A DNA stretch of 64,000 nucleotides from Planctomycetota bacterium (GTDB taxonomy: Bacteria > Planctomycetota > B15-G4): positions 2,304,001 to 2,368,000 of the forward strand of contig CBDFJQ010000002.1 in the NCBI GenBank assembly GCA_965248575.1. Direction: 5' to 3'. This document shows positions 26,643-36,182 of this stretch, in pieces. The translations under genes were made by a program, and so were the position numbers. The number at the start of each line of letters is the position of its first letter. The first letter of the stretch is position 1. The notes under the pieces are model-generated. The model saw only the letters and a list, made by a program, of their open reading frames with translations. It did not search any database and was not told the origin of the DNA.

Positions 26643-29330
26643 ATGCACACAAATGGCCAGGATGATGTGGACTCCCAGGGCGAGGAAGACCTCTTCGCCA
26701 AGCTGAGATCTGCGGTCCGTGAGGAGCAAAGAGGCTCCTCACACCAGGACGACGAGCCCCAGCATCCGCGACCCGAGGGCTACGACGTGCTCGGCGAGAT
26801 CCACCGCGGTTCTCAGGGCATCGTCTATCGCGCCTTGCAACGCAGCACCAAGCGACTGGTGGCGGTGAAGGTGCTGTTGTTCGGTCGCCATGCGGATGAG
26901 CTCGAGCGAGCGCGCTTCGAGCGAGAGATCAAGGTGGCGGCCAGCCTCGACCACCCTGCGATCGTCACGGTCTATGAGGCGGGCGTCACCGACGGATGGC
27001 TCTGGTACTCCATGCAACTCGTCGATGGAGAGCGCCTCGACGATTTCCTCGACCGCGGTGAACTGAGCGCGCGCGAGCGGGTCACACTCCTTCGGGACAT
27101 CGGCCGGGTCGTCGCGCACGCCCACGAGAACGACGTGGTTCACCGGGATCTCAAGCCCAGCAACGTCGTCGTGGATGGGAGCGGCACGCCACACGTGCTC
27201 GACTTCGGGTTGGCCAAGCCCATGTCCAGCTTGGATGACCTCACAAGTCTCACGTCGACGGGCAACTTCCTCGGGACCTTGACCTACGCCTCCCCAGAGC
27301 AGGTGGGGCCTGCCTCACACCTCGTGGACTCCCGAGCCGACGTCCACGCCCTGGGCGTCATGCTCTACGAGATGATGACGGGGAGACGCCCCTTCGATGG
27401 GCATGGCGGTGTCTCGTCTCTCGTGCGGACCCTTGCCCATGAGCCGGCCCCGGACCCCACTCGCTTTGCCCCCTCCATGGATCGGGATCTGCGAGCCATC
27501 CTGCTCATGTCCCTGGCCAAGTCGCCAGAGGATCGCTACCGCGACGCCGGGGAGCTTGCCGATGACCTGACTCGTTGGCTGGACCACGAGCCTGTCGCAG
27601 CTCGTCGCCCGCGCCCCTGGCGGCGCTTCATGGCCTTCGCCAGGAGACGCAAGGGTCTCGCTACACTGCTCGGCACCCTGCTGCTCGGCGCTGTTGTGGC
27701 CACCATCGTCGTCGACCAGGCCGGCGATCGAGGAGATCGTTTTCAGCAAGCCTATGAACGGGTGCTCACGGGCGATCTGGGCGGCATGGGGTCGCCGACA
27801 CCTGTGCTGCAGGCCTTCGTCCGCGCCGCCCGGTCCGTGGATACCAACCTACCTGATGACCCCATGGCGAGGGCGCACGTTCACTGCGTCGTTGGCTCTG
27901 CCTTCGCAGATCGTTTCGAGTTGGGAGCGGCACGTTACTTCTACGGGAGCGCGCTTGAGCTTCTGCGGGGAGTCCACGGCCCCGACCACGCCGCACTTTC
28001 GAACCCCTGGCGGCTGCTAGGCGAACTGGAACTGCGCGCCGGAACAACCCAAGCGGTAGACGCCCTGCGAGAAGCGCTTCGGCTCAACACCGAACCCGGA
28101 AGCCTCATCGCTGCCGATGGCTTTCCTGCAGACGGGCCTGCGAGGAGCTCGGTCGACGCAGCAGACCAAGATGCCCACGACGGGCCGGAGAGCCGGGCAG
28201 TCTCAAACACGGGCCTCAGCGCCCTTCTGGCCCGAGCGTTGCTAGCCCTCGAGAGCGAGGCATCGCTCACCGAGGCAGAGGACTTGCTCTCGTATCACTT
28301 GCCCAGAAAGGAACGTCTCCACCCCAAGGATCGGCTCAAAGTCCTCCACTCCCAGGGGCTCCTGCTCTTGGCGCAGGGGCAGCTTCAACAAGCTCGCGAT
28401 GTGTTGGAAGGCGCGCTCGACCAAGCCGAGCAGGACGGGCTGCTCGCAGATGTAGGTGCTGACCAGGAACGCGATGCGCCGCCGGACGCAAATACACTCC
28501 GCACCCCTCCACCACCGACATCCGACACGGCAGCAGAACTCGCCGATCTGCTACTGGACCTCGCCTCAGTCGCGCTGCTCAGGGGACAGCAAGGGGAAGC
28601 CCTTGCGCACATCGACCTGATCGTGGCCTTGAGCCACCGCCGTCACGGAGCCGAGACACTTCCAGAGCTGTTGTGGACCATGGCCGACGTGCGCAAGAGG
28701 CGAGGCCAGCCCCATGTGGCGCAGCTCGTGAAGGCCCGTGCGCTGCCACTCATGATGCGTAACTGGGCACCCAGCTCTGTGGAACACGGCCCCGCTCTCC
28801 AGGTCCTTGCAACGAGCTTCGACACGGTCGATGAGGACGTGTGGTCCTTGCCCTGGCTCGACGCCTTCGTGCAGCTACGGCGCGTGCGCGGTGTCGGCAC
28901 CTATCAACTCGCGGACAGCGCGAACGATGTGGCCATCCTGGCTCGTGCCGCAGGCCAGGACGCGCTCGCCGAATCCCTGCTCCAGGAAAGCTTGACCATC
29001 CGCTGTCGCTCGCTTGGCTTGGACTGCCCCCATCGCATGGAGTCGCTCCTGGAGCTTGCAGACCTCCAGCTTGCATCCGGGGAAACGGAGACGTCGCGCG
29101 CACATCTGCTTGAGGCGGCAAGTATCCTGACGCGCACGAGAGCATTTGGAAGCACCAGAGGCTCCATCCACGCGCTCCGTGTCGCTGAACTGCTGGAACG
29201 CCTCGGCGAATTTCCAGACGCACGGCAACTCGCTGACGGGATGGAATCGACGGGTGCCCTGCGGGAAGAGGCCTTGTGGTCCGAACGCCTGGCTCAGCTG
29301 CGGCAACGACTGGGGTCCTCCGCCCAATGA
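26643..29330 (+). CDS. Membrane Ser/Thr protein kinase with C-terminal TPR-like region
   Basis: HRGSQGIVY, VAVK, HRDLKPSN, DFG, YASPEQ; TM segment LATLLGTLLLGAVVATIVV; helical repeats. Confidence 0.92.
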   Translation: MHTNGQDDVDSQGEEDLFAKLRSAVREEQRGSSHQDDEPQHPRPEGYDVLGEIHRGSQGIVYRALQRSTKRLVAVKVLLFGRHADELERARFEREIKVAASLDHPAIVTVYEAGVTDGWLWYSMQLVDGERLDDFLDRGELSARERVTLLRDIGRVVAHAHENDVVHRDLKPSNVVVDGSGTPHVLDFGLAKPMSSLDDLTSLTSTGNFLGTLTYASPEQVGPASHLVDSRADVHALGVMLYEMMTGRRPFDGHGGVSSLVRTLAHEPAPDPTRFAPSMDRDLRAILLMSLAKSPEDRYRDAGELADDLTRWLDHEPVAARRPRPWRRFMAFARRRKGLATLLGTLLLGAVVATIVVDQAGDRGDRFQQAYERVLTGDLGGMGSPTPVLQAFVRAARSVDTNLPDDPMARAHVHCVVGSAFADRFELGAARYFYGSALELLRGVHGPDHAALSNPWRLLGELELRAGTTQAVDALREALRLNTEPGSLIAADGFPADGPARSSVDAADQDAHDGPESRAVSNTGLSALLARALLALESEASLTEAEDLLSYHLPRKERLHPKDRLKVLHSQGLLLLAQGQLQQARDVLEGALDQAEQDGLLADVGADQERDAPPDANTLRTPPPPTSDTAAELADLLLDLASVALLRGQQGEALAHIDLIVALSHRRHGAETLPELLWTMADVRKRRGQPHVAQLVKARALPLMMRNWAPSSVEHGPALQVLATSFDTVDEDVWSLPWLDAFVQLRRVRGVGTYQLADSANDVAILARAAGQDALAESLLQESLTIRCRSLGLDCPHRMESLLELADLQLASGETETSRAHLLEAASILTRTRAFGSTRGSIHALRVAELLERLGEFPDARQLADGMESTGALREEALWSERLAQLRQRLGSSAQ

Positions 29331-29893
29331 ACTCGACCCGCGCTTCCCTGATCGCCCGCCTCGCTGATCGAAACGACTCCGAGGCCTGGGAGAACTTCCA
29401 ATCCTTGTATGGCCCACTCATCCGAAACTTCGCCCGCGCGCAGGGGCTGACGGGTCACGACGCGGATGAGGTCCGTGACCAGTGCTTCGAGGTGGTCGTC
29501 CGCCGCATGCGTGACTTCCAGTACGACCCCAGCAAGGCGGGCTTCAAGGCCTGGCTCTACCGCATCGTGCGCGGAAAGGTCATCGACTCCCGTCGCCGCA
29601 AGCGCGAAGTCGGCTTGGAAAGCGAAGAGCTGCGAGACCTGCTGGACCCATCACCCACGGCCGAACAGCTCTGGAACACGCGCTGGGATCACGAACATCT
29701 TCTTCATGGCCTGGAGCGAGCGAGGGCCCTGGTGTCTCCAAAGAACTGGCGAGCCTTCGAGATGCTGCTCATTGAGGACGCCAGCGTTGCCGACGTCTGC
29801 AGCGCACTCGCGCTCAATACCAATCAGGTCTACAAGGCCAAATCACGCGTCCTGGCGGAGGTCCGTCGCATCTTGGACCGCGAAGACGCCTAG
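29327..29893 (+). CDS. ECF sigma-70 factor, kinase-associated type
   Basis: TRASLIARL, AWENFQSLYGPLI, FKAWLYRI, NQVYKAKSRVL; ATGA overlap with the kinase stop. Confidence 0.92.
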   Translation: MNSTRASLIARLADRNDSEAWENFQSLYGPLIRNFARAQGLTGHDADEVRDQCFEVVVRRMRDFQYDPSKAGFKAWLYRIVRGKVIDSRRRKREVGLESEELRDLLDPSPTAEQLWNTRWDHEHLLHGLERARALVSPKNWRAFEMLLIEDASVADVCSALALNTNQVYKAKSRVLAEVRRILDREDA

Positions 29894-29928
29894 CGTCACC
29901 GCCTGCTGCATCAGGAACCGGAGTTCTT

Positions 29929-29979
29929 CCGGGCGAGGGGGACAGCCGCAACTTGTCTCGTGGTCGCGCACTCGCCCGG
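29929..29979. terminator. Stem-loop between convergent ECF and SDR genes
   Basis: CCGGGCGAG (29929) and CTCGCCCGG (29971) form a perfect 9-bp inverted repeat enclosing a weaker inner stem. Confidence 0.4.
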
Positions 29980-30010
29980 CCTTCGCCGGCAGTCCCGCGA
30001 CCCAAGCTGG

Positions 30011-30793
30011 CTACCAATCCAGCACAGCACCATCGTGATTCAGGAACAGGCCGCTCTGCTCGGGCTTCAGCCCTTCGATGACCTTGCGCAGGCCGGAGAT
30101 CGATTCCTCCGGCGAGAGGGTCGCATCCGGACCACCCATGTCCGTGCGCACCCAACCCGGACTGACCGGGATGACGATCAGCCCGTTCTCTCGCTGCTCG
30201 GCGGCCAGACTGCGCGAGTACATGTTCAAGGCGGCCTTGCTCTCCCGGTATCCATTGAAGCTGCCGCTCGTGTTCTCCGCGAGACTGCCGAGCCGACTGG
30301 ACACATTGACGACGATGCCGGACTTCGCAGCCTTGAGGTTTGGCAGGAGCGCGGTCGTCACGCGAACGGGCCCCAGGGTGTTCACGTCCATCACGCGGCG
30401 AATGCGCTCATGAGGGCTGGTGGTCTCGCTCAGTGAGCGACCGCTCGTACCCGCATTGTTGATCAACAGATGGACCGGACCATCGCCGACTTCCTTGGTG
30501 AACTCGGCCACGGACTCATCGTCGGTGACATCCAAGGTCAGCACCCGGGCACCCGTTGCAACCAACGCCATGGCCGCCTCCGGATTGCGGGCCGTCCCCA
30601 CCACATGCGCGCCAGCCTCCATGAACTGCTTGGCGAACTCGAGGCCCAGGCCCCGGTTTGCACCGGTGACCACCACAGTCTTCCCTGCGAAGCGCGAGCC
30701 GCTGTCAGCCGCGTCGTCCCCCGAAGCTTCACTGAAACCCAGCAGCAAGACACACGCGAGAAGGACGGCAACGGGCTTGAAGCTTGAAGACAT
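30011..30793 (-). CDS. Short-chain dehydrogenase/reductase (CsgA/C-factor-like) with signal-peptide-like N-terminus
   Basis: TGANRGLG, NNAG, SSRLGS, YRESK, PGWVRTDMGG. Confidence 0.92.
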   Translation of the reverse strand: MSSSFKPVAVLLACVLLLGFSEASGDDAADSGSRFAGKTVVVTGANRGLGLEFAKQFMEAGAHVVGTARNPEAAMALVATGARVLTLDVTDDESVAEFTKEVGDGPVHLLINNAGTSGRSLSETTSPHERIRRVMDVNTLGPVRVTTALLPNLKAAKSGIVVNVSSRLGSLAENTSGSFNGYRESKAALNMYSRSLAAEQRENGLIVIPVSPGWVRTDMGGPDATLSPEESISGLRKVIEGLKPEQSGLFLNHDGAVLDW

Positions 30794-30902
30794 GGCGGAT
30801 CAACTCCTGGAAATCGAGCAACGGTTGAGCAGGCGCACACTCTAGCATCGCCCTCACCCAGCGCCTGGCCGCACGCCGCACAGACCGTTCGAGGATCACC
30901 CC

Positions 30903-32021
30903 ATGCTCACACTCGCCCTTGCCCTCGCCTTCGCCATGACGACGCCCCCAGGAGATGAAGCTGAGTGGCACACGATCGAGGTGGAGGGTCGCGGGCGTCT
31001 GGACTACGCACTGCTCACACCGGATGGCTTCGAACCCGATGTCGCCGCACCGGTCCTGCTGGCCCTACCGCCCGGAAACGGCGGGCGGGACATGGTGCAG
31101 CGCGGCCTCGAACTCTACTTCGCGGAGCAAGCTCGCAGGCGCGGGTGGGTGGTGGTCTCACCGGCGGCGCCCGAGGGCGCACCCTTCTTCTCCGAGGGCG
31201 CGCTGTTTCTTCCCAGCTTGCTCGACCAGCTGGCAGGCAAGCTCACGGTCGAGGGCGGTCGCGTTCACCTGGCCGGGGTGAGCAGCGGCGGTCGCGGCGC
31301 CTTCCATGTGGCGGGCCTCGCCCCCCAGCGCTTCGCCTCCCTGACGGTTCTGCCTGGCGTGCCGTCGGAGAACGCATCGAGCGCACAACTGGCTGCCGCT
31401 GGCAGCTTGCCCATCGCCTTCTTTGTCGGTGAGCACGACCAAGGCTGGCTCGAGGCTTCGCGCGAGGCCACGCAGCGACTGCACGCGCTGGGCAGCGAAC
31501 GCGTGAGTCTCAAAGTCCGGCCGGGAGAAGAGCATGTCCTCGACAGCAAGCTCGCAGCCGAGATCTTCGATCGCCTCGACGCGCTGCGTGAGACGGAACG
31601 CGTTCGCGACAGAACCCGCGTCCAGATCGCCAAGGTGCTCGACGATCTGCACGAGGCTGCGTCCGTCGCCGATGAGGACCGCTACTTCGACCAGTTCCTG
31701 CCGGATGCCATTTTCATTGGCACCGATGCCAGCGAGCGTTGGACAGTGGGGCAACTGCGGGCTTACGCAGCAGCTCCCTTCGAAACGGAATCCGCCTGGA
31801 CCTACGAACCCTTGGACCGGCACATCACCCTCGCACCGGATGGACTGACAGCCCACTTCTACGAGCGATTGATGAACGCGAAGTACGGTGAGACGCGCGG
31901 CTCGGGCGTCCTCCGCCAACGGGCCGGGCGCTGGCGCATCGCGCAGTACGTGCTCTCCTTCAGCGTGCCGAATGAAGCTGCCCCTGCGGTCGTGCAGGCG
32001 ATTCAACAGGGCGAGGGCTGA
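30903..32021 (+). CDS. Secreted alpha/beta hydrolase fused to SnoaL/NTF2-like domain
   Basis: GVSSGG elbow, VGEHD, EEH; C-terminal FIGTDASERWT...RGSGVL...WRIAQYVLSF. Confidence 0.82.
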   Translation: MLTLALALAFAMTTPPGDEAEWHTIEVEGRGRLDYALLTPDGFEPDVAAPVLLALPPGNGGRDMVQRGLELYFAEQARRRGWVVVSPAAPEGAPFFSEGALFLPSLLDQLAGKLTVEGGRVHLAGVSSGGRGAFHVAGLAPQRFASLTVLPGVPSENASSAQLAAAGSLPIAFFVGEHDQGWLEASREATQRLHALGSERVSLKVRPGEEHVLDSKLAAEIFDRLDALRETERVRDRTRVQIAKVLDDLHEAASVADEDRYFDQFLPDAIFIGTDASERWTVGQLRAYAAAPFETESAWTYEPLDRHITLAPDGLTAHFYERLMNAKYGETRGSGVLRQRAGRWRIAQYVLSFSVPNEAAPAVVQAIQQGEG

Positions 32022-32149
32022 GCACATCCTGTGGGAGAGCCCCCTCTCCCTGAAGCCTGGGCGCGACACTGGCGGGATTGCGCGACGCGCACTACCGTGC
32101 TGTAAGGCAAACGGCCCCACCCAACCGCCGCATTAGCAGGGAGACAGGG

Positions 32150-33016
32150 ATGAAGAAGTCCGGGCATCGACAGGTTCGCTGGGCCGTCGTCTTGGTGGTC
32201 GTCGTTGCGCTCACGAGCGCGACGGCTTCGGCTCAGTTCAACCAATTCCAGTGGACCTTCGGGGGAGACCCCGGCGGTGAGGGCTTCGTCACGGACCAGT
32301 GGATGCAAGTTGTCTCGTCATCCAGCGGTGTCTGCAGCGGCCCCCTTCCGGGCACGTCCTACTTCACCACCACCGCGCCCATTGCAGGCAAGGTCTCTGC
32401 CTATCTGACGTTCGACAACAAGGACCCCTGTATCTCGTTCTGGCACTTCGAGAAACCCGTCTACATCATCAACGGCCAGCAGTTCGTCATCATCTGTGAT
32501 GACACCTGTTTCGACTTCGAGGCGGAGTTCTCTTTCGACGTCGAGGCCGGCGATGTCTTCGGCCTGGGCGCCTACTCTGTCGACTGCGCGTGCGAGCCGG
32601 GCGTCTGCGATTACACGAACTTCAAGTTCGAGCCCACCACCTGGGAAGACCTCGGCTTCTCCCTGGCGGGGACTGCGGGTCTCAGCCCGAGCGCGCAAGG
32701 CTTCGGCAAGCTGGGCGACAACGATGCTTTCCAGTTCAGCCTCGAACGGGCGCTACCGGACGCTAACGCGTTCCTGGTGGGTTCCTTCAGTTCACTCTTC
32801 GCCCCGTTCAACGGCGGCGTGTTCGTCCCGAACCCGGCGCCACCAGCAGTGTTCCTGCCGCTCACCGTCAACCCCTTCGGTCGCTTCGAGCTCTCAGGAG
32901 CGTGGCCGCCAGGCGTGCCAGCTGGGCAGAGCCTCTTCCTGCAAGTCTGGGTCCTCGACCCCGGAGCGCCCTTCGGCTACTCGGCCTCCAACGCGCTGCT
33001 AGCGACGACGCACTAG
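32150..33016 (+). CDS. Secreted Cys-containing protein with shared C-terminal domain
   Basis: Signal peptide ending ASA-Q; 7 Cys in the N-domain; C-domain WEDLG...LQVWVLDPGA...SNAL (32642-33016). Confidence 0.8.
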   Translation: MKKSGHRQVRWAVVLVVVVALTSATASAQFNQFQWTFGGDPGGEGFVTDQWMQVVSSSSGVCSGPLPGTSYFTTTAPIAGKVSAYLTFDNKDPCISFWHFEKPVYIINGQQFVIICDDTCFDFEAEFSFDVEAGDVFGLGAYSVDCACEPGVCDYTNFKFEPTTWEDLGFSLAGTAGLSPSAQGFGKLGDNDAFQFSLERALPDANAFLVGSFSSLFAPFNGGVFVPNPAPPAVFLPLTVNPFGRFELSGAWPPGVPAGQSLFLQVWVLDPGAPFGYSASNALLATTH

Positions 33017-33062
33017 CGCAGGCACCAGCAGGCGGAAGGGTCGGTGGGGAACAGACGTCGTC

Positions 33063-33668
33063 TCAGACGTCGAAGGGCAGCTTTTCTTCGGGGATCATCT
33101 TGCCCTTGAGCTTCACGCCGCCCACCAGCACGTCGCCATCACCGCTGCCGTAGGGCATCATCGCTCCGCTGCTCTTGAAGCTGGCGGACTTGAGCATGTC
33201 CTGCTTGTCGAACTTGAGCTTGAGCCTCGCCACGAAGAGCAGGTTGAGGATCGTCGCGTCCTCATCAGGCACCACGACCTGGATCGGAATGCCGCAGGAG
33301 TTCGGGCCGATCAAGGACCCCACCATGGCCAACTCGTCGGGCCCAGTGGTCAGGAAGGAGCCTGTGCTGGACTGCTGGAACACTCCCGGTGCGGTCTCAC
33401 TGATGACATCGAACAGGTAGGAGGTCGCGCTGAAACCCTCGGCGCCTCCGGTGTTTTCCGCAGGGCTCTCGTCGAGAGACACATGCATATAGGCCACTAC
33501 GCTGCCCTTGGCCTTCTCCAGATCGCCCGACGGTGTGATCGCCCCGCCATTCACCTTCATGGTGACCTTGAACCACACGTCGTCCAAGGCCTGGGAGCGG
33601 GCGTTCGCCGAGAGGGCGACGAGGGACAGCAGGGTGAAGAGGACGGACGAACAGGTGCGCAACAGCAT
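33063..33668 (-). CDS. Secreted hypothetical protein with Lys-rich beta strands
   Basis: GGAG RBS; signal peptide MLLRTCSSVLFTLLSLVALSANARSQ; WFKVTMKV...LKLKFDK...VKLKGK. Confidence 0.72.
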   Translation of the reverse strand: MLLRTCSSVLFTLLSLVALSANARSQALDDVWFKVTMKVNGGAITPSGDLEKAKGSVVAYMHVSLDESPAENTGGAEGFSATSYLFDVISETAPGVFQQSSTGSFLTTGPDELAMVGSLIGPNSCGIPIQVVVPDEDATILNLLFVARLKLKFDKQDMLKSASFKSSGAMMPYGSGDGDVLVGGVKLKGKMIPEEKLPFDV

Positions 33669-33821
33669 CACAGGACTCCAAGAAGGCTGGGCGGCCCGGC
33701 GGACCGGACCCGGACAAGTGTAAGGACAGGCAACGCCCTCCAGGGCTAGGATAGCGAACCGAAGATTGCGGCTCGCCACCCGCGACCGCCCGACACCCTT
33801 CCTGTCATGGAGAAGAGACAG

Positions 33822-34985
33822 ATGCGTCGTCCCACACTTTCCCTGGTGCTCGTCCTGAGCCTGCTGTGTGTTCTCGGACCCGCCGTTCGAGCCAACAAAT
33901 CCGTTCCAGTGTCCGGCACTGTTCAAGTCCTCACTGTGGGCGATCTCAGCCTGATCGCGATCCTCGGCTTCGCTAACTGCACCTTCAAGGTGGACGCCTC
34001 GAGCGACAACACCAAGGTGGCGAGCGTCCAGTTCAAGACCACGGCCGGCAAGAAACAGAAGGTCATGATCAAGGCCGAGAGCCCGGGCATGGCCATGGTG
34101 ACCGTGAGCACCAAGGAAGGCTCCGTGGGCGGCTGTCAGGGCTTTGACTTCACCTTCCCCGTGATGGTCACGCCCGACACGAAGGCGCTGCTCAAGATGA
34201 GCAAGCAGGAGAGCAAGGCGGCCAACGCCGAGATCAAGAAGGCCCTCGGTGAGCTGGTGACTGCCTACTGCAAAGAGCTCAAGACGGTCGTGGACGACGC
34301 CAAGTCCGGCGAGATCTCTCTCGACGATGCCCTGGACCAAATGGACGCTCTTTCCTCGATCGTGAGCCAGACCCTGAGCCTCGTGATCGGCGCCAGCTCC
34401 GACACTTTCTTCAGCGCCATCTGGAACTCACCGGCAGCTCAGGGGTTCTCGGGCAGCAACGTCGACTTGCTGGGGCTCTTCCCCGGCGGTTGTGGCGAGG
34501 TCGACAGCTTCTCGCAGAACCTCAAGAAGGCCGCCGAGAAGGCCAAGAAGGTCGTGGAGAGGAAGATCAAGAAGGCCTACATGCAACTCGAGAAGGTTGC
34601 CAAGAAGCAGGACGAGACCATCCTGTACTTGTTCCAGGTCTTCCTCGGATTCCCCCTGCCCATCACGCCGACCCCTCTGCCCACTCCCATGCCCCAGGTG
34701 CAACCCCCGGCACCCCCGAAACCCTTGATGCGCACGTGGACCTCCTCCGGGCGCATGACCTCCTCGCCGCTGACCCGCCTGGAGATCGCTGGACTCGGTG
34801 ACGCGGGCGGCGGACAGGTGACGGTCAAGGTCGAAGGGCCCGACGGCTTCGAGAGCGAGATGATGGTCAACCTGGACGCCGAGTGCGGCTTCTTGGCGGA
34901 GTTCGGAGGCGTAAAGCCCGGCAACTACACCGTCACGCTTACCCAGGGCACCAACTCCTCGAGCTTCAAGACCATCGCCATCTAG
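33822..34985 (+). CDS. Secreted hypothetical protein (Ig-like, helical, Pro-rich linker, Ig-like)
   Basis: Signal peptide ending VRA; SSDNTKVASV Ig-like start; Lys-rich helices; PLPITPTPLPTPMP linker; PGNYTVTL. Confidence 0.75.
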   Translation: MRRPTLSLVLVLSLLCVLGPAVRANKSVPVSGTVQVLTVGDLSLIAILGFANCTFKVDASSDNTKVASVQFKTTAGKKQKVMIKAESPGMAMVTVSTKEGSVGGCQGFDFTFPVMVTPDTKALLKMSKQESKAANAEIKKALGELVTAYCKELKTVVDDAKSGEISLDDALDQMDALSSIVSQTLSLVIGASSDTFFSAIWNSPAAQGFSGSNVDLLGLFPGGCGEVDSFSQNLKKAAEKAKKVVERKIKKAYMQLEKVAKKQDETILYLFQVFLGFPLPITPTPLPTPMPQVQPPAPPKPLMRTWTSSGRMTSSPLTRLEIAGLGDAGGGQVTVKVEGPDGFESEMMVNLDAECGFLAEFGGVKPGNYTVTLTQGTNSSSFKTIAI

Positions 34986-34995
34986 AACGTCAGCC

Positions 34996-35020
34996 GCTGA
35001 GGGCCGCGCTGGCCCTCAGC
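34996..35020. terminator. Perfect hairpin between convergent genes
   Basis: GCTGAGGGCC-GCGCT-GGCCCTCAGC, 10-bp stem overlapping the Rieske gene stop. Confidence 0.6.
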
Positions 35021-36182
35021 ACCCACGATCACCTGCGGCCAATTCCCGCAGGTGGTCGTGGGCCAGCAGGCAGTGGAAGTGGTGCTCCCCCTGCTCCACG
35101 CCCGGGGCGTAGCGCCCGCGGTCGTAGTGCCGGGACGCCAGCCCCACCTGCACTGATTCGCAGATGGCGATGTCCTCCTGTTGGGTGACGTCGCTCTGGG
35201 CCATGCTCTCGGCCATGAACCGCTGCGCCGCCGCGCCCTCCGTCTCCGCGAAGTAGAACTCGTAGACGACCTCGCAACGGTTCGGTCCCAAGGGCAATAC
35301 ATGGTTGCTGTCGAGGCAGGAGCCGTAGCGGTTGAGCATGAAGTTGGGATGCAACCAGGCGTAGAGCGCGCCGCCGCCGATGCGCTCCTGCGGGTCGTAG
35401 TCGATGCGTTCATCCTGTGCTTTCGACGCCGGTGAGCCCTGGATCGAGCAGCGCTCGAACAACTCCGTCCCGTAGTTGTCCATGTCGAGCTGGGCGTCCA
35501 GACTCGGGTGCATGTGCGGGATGTGGTAACCGCCGTCGAGGTAGTTGTCGACGTAGACCTTCCAGTTGCACTCGATCACCCAACGGCGTTGCCCCACGAA
35601 GGTCAGTTCGCTCCAGCCACCGCCTCCGAGACGCCGATCCAGCTCGGCGATGCGGGGCTTGAGGGGCGCCGCGTCCCGTTCACCATGGATGAAGACCCAG
35701 GGGCCCCACTGCTCCACGCCCAAGGGCACAAGCCCCATCGCGCCGCGCTCGAAGTCCTGGATGCCCGCGATCCTCGGCGCGTTCTTGAGGGCGCCCGTCA
35801 GCTCGTAACACCAGGCGTGATACCCACACACGAGCTCGCTGGCTCGGCCGCAACCCTGCACCACTTCACGCCCCTTGTGGCGGCACACATTGGAGAAGGC
35901 CGCCAGCGAGCCGTCCTCCTGGCGCACCACCACCCATGGCTCGCCCGCCAACACACCGCTCGCGTAGGCACCCGGCTCCTTCAGCTGCTCCACCCGGGCC
36001 ACGGGCTGCCAGGAGCGGGCGAAGACCGAGCGCTTCTCCAACTCGTACAAGGCAGGGTCGACGTACCAGGACGCGGGCGGCATCCAGGCCCGTTCGATGG
36101 GCAGGCCTGTGTCAAAGCGCTCGATCTCGCGCCGCAGCCGCTCCCGCTCTTGGTCATTCACTGGGTCGTTCCCTGCAGTCAT
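35016..36182 (-). CDS. Rieske non-heme iron oxygenase alpha subunit (choline monooxygenase-like)
   Basis: CRH...CGYH Rieske ligands; NWKVYVDNYLDGGYHIPHMH and EDIAICESVQ mononuclear iron site. Confidence 0.9.
   Translation of the reverse strand: MTAGNDPVNDQERERLRREIERFDTGLPIERAWMPPASWYVDPALYELEKRSVFARSWQPVARVEQLKEPGAYASGVLAGEPWVVVRQEDGSLAAFSNVCRHKGREVVQGCGRASELVCGYHAWCYELTGALKNAPRIAGIQDFERGAMGLVPLGVEQWGPWVFIHGERDAAPLKPRIAELDRRLGGGGWSELTFVGQRRWVIECNWKVYVDNYLDGGYHIPHMHPSLDAQLDMDNYGTELFERCSIQGSPASKAQDERIDYDPQERIGGGALYAWLHPNFMLNRYGSCLDSNHVLPLGPNRCEVVYEFYFAETEGAAAQRFMAESMAQSDVTQQEDIAICESVQVGLASRHYDRGRYAPGVEQGEHHFHCLLAHDHLRELAAGDRGC

Noticed and set aside
32100..32149. GGCAAAC resembling the start of a c-di-GMP-I riboswitch
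   Set aside because: No following GNRA-capped stem or second conserved stem.
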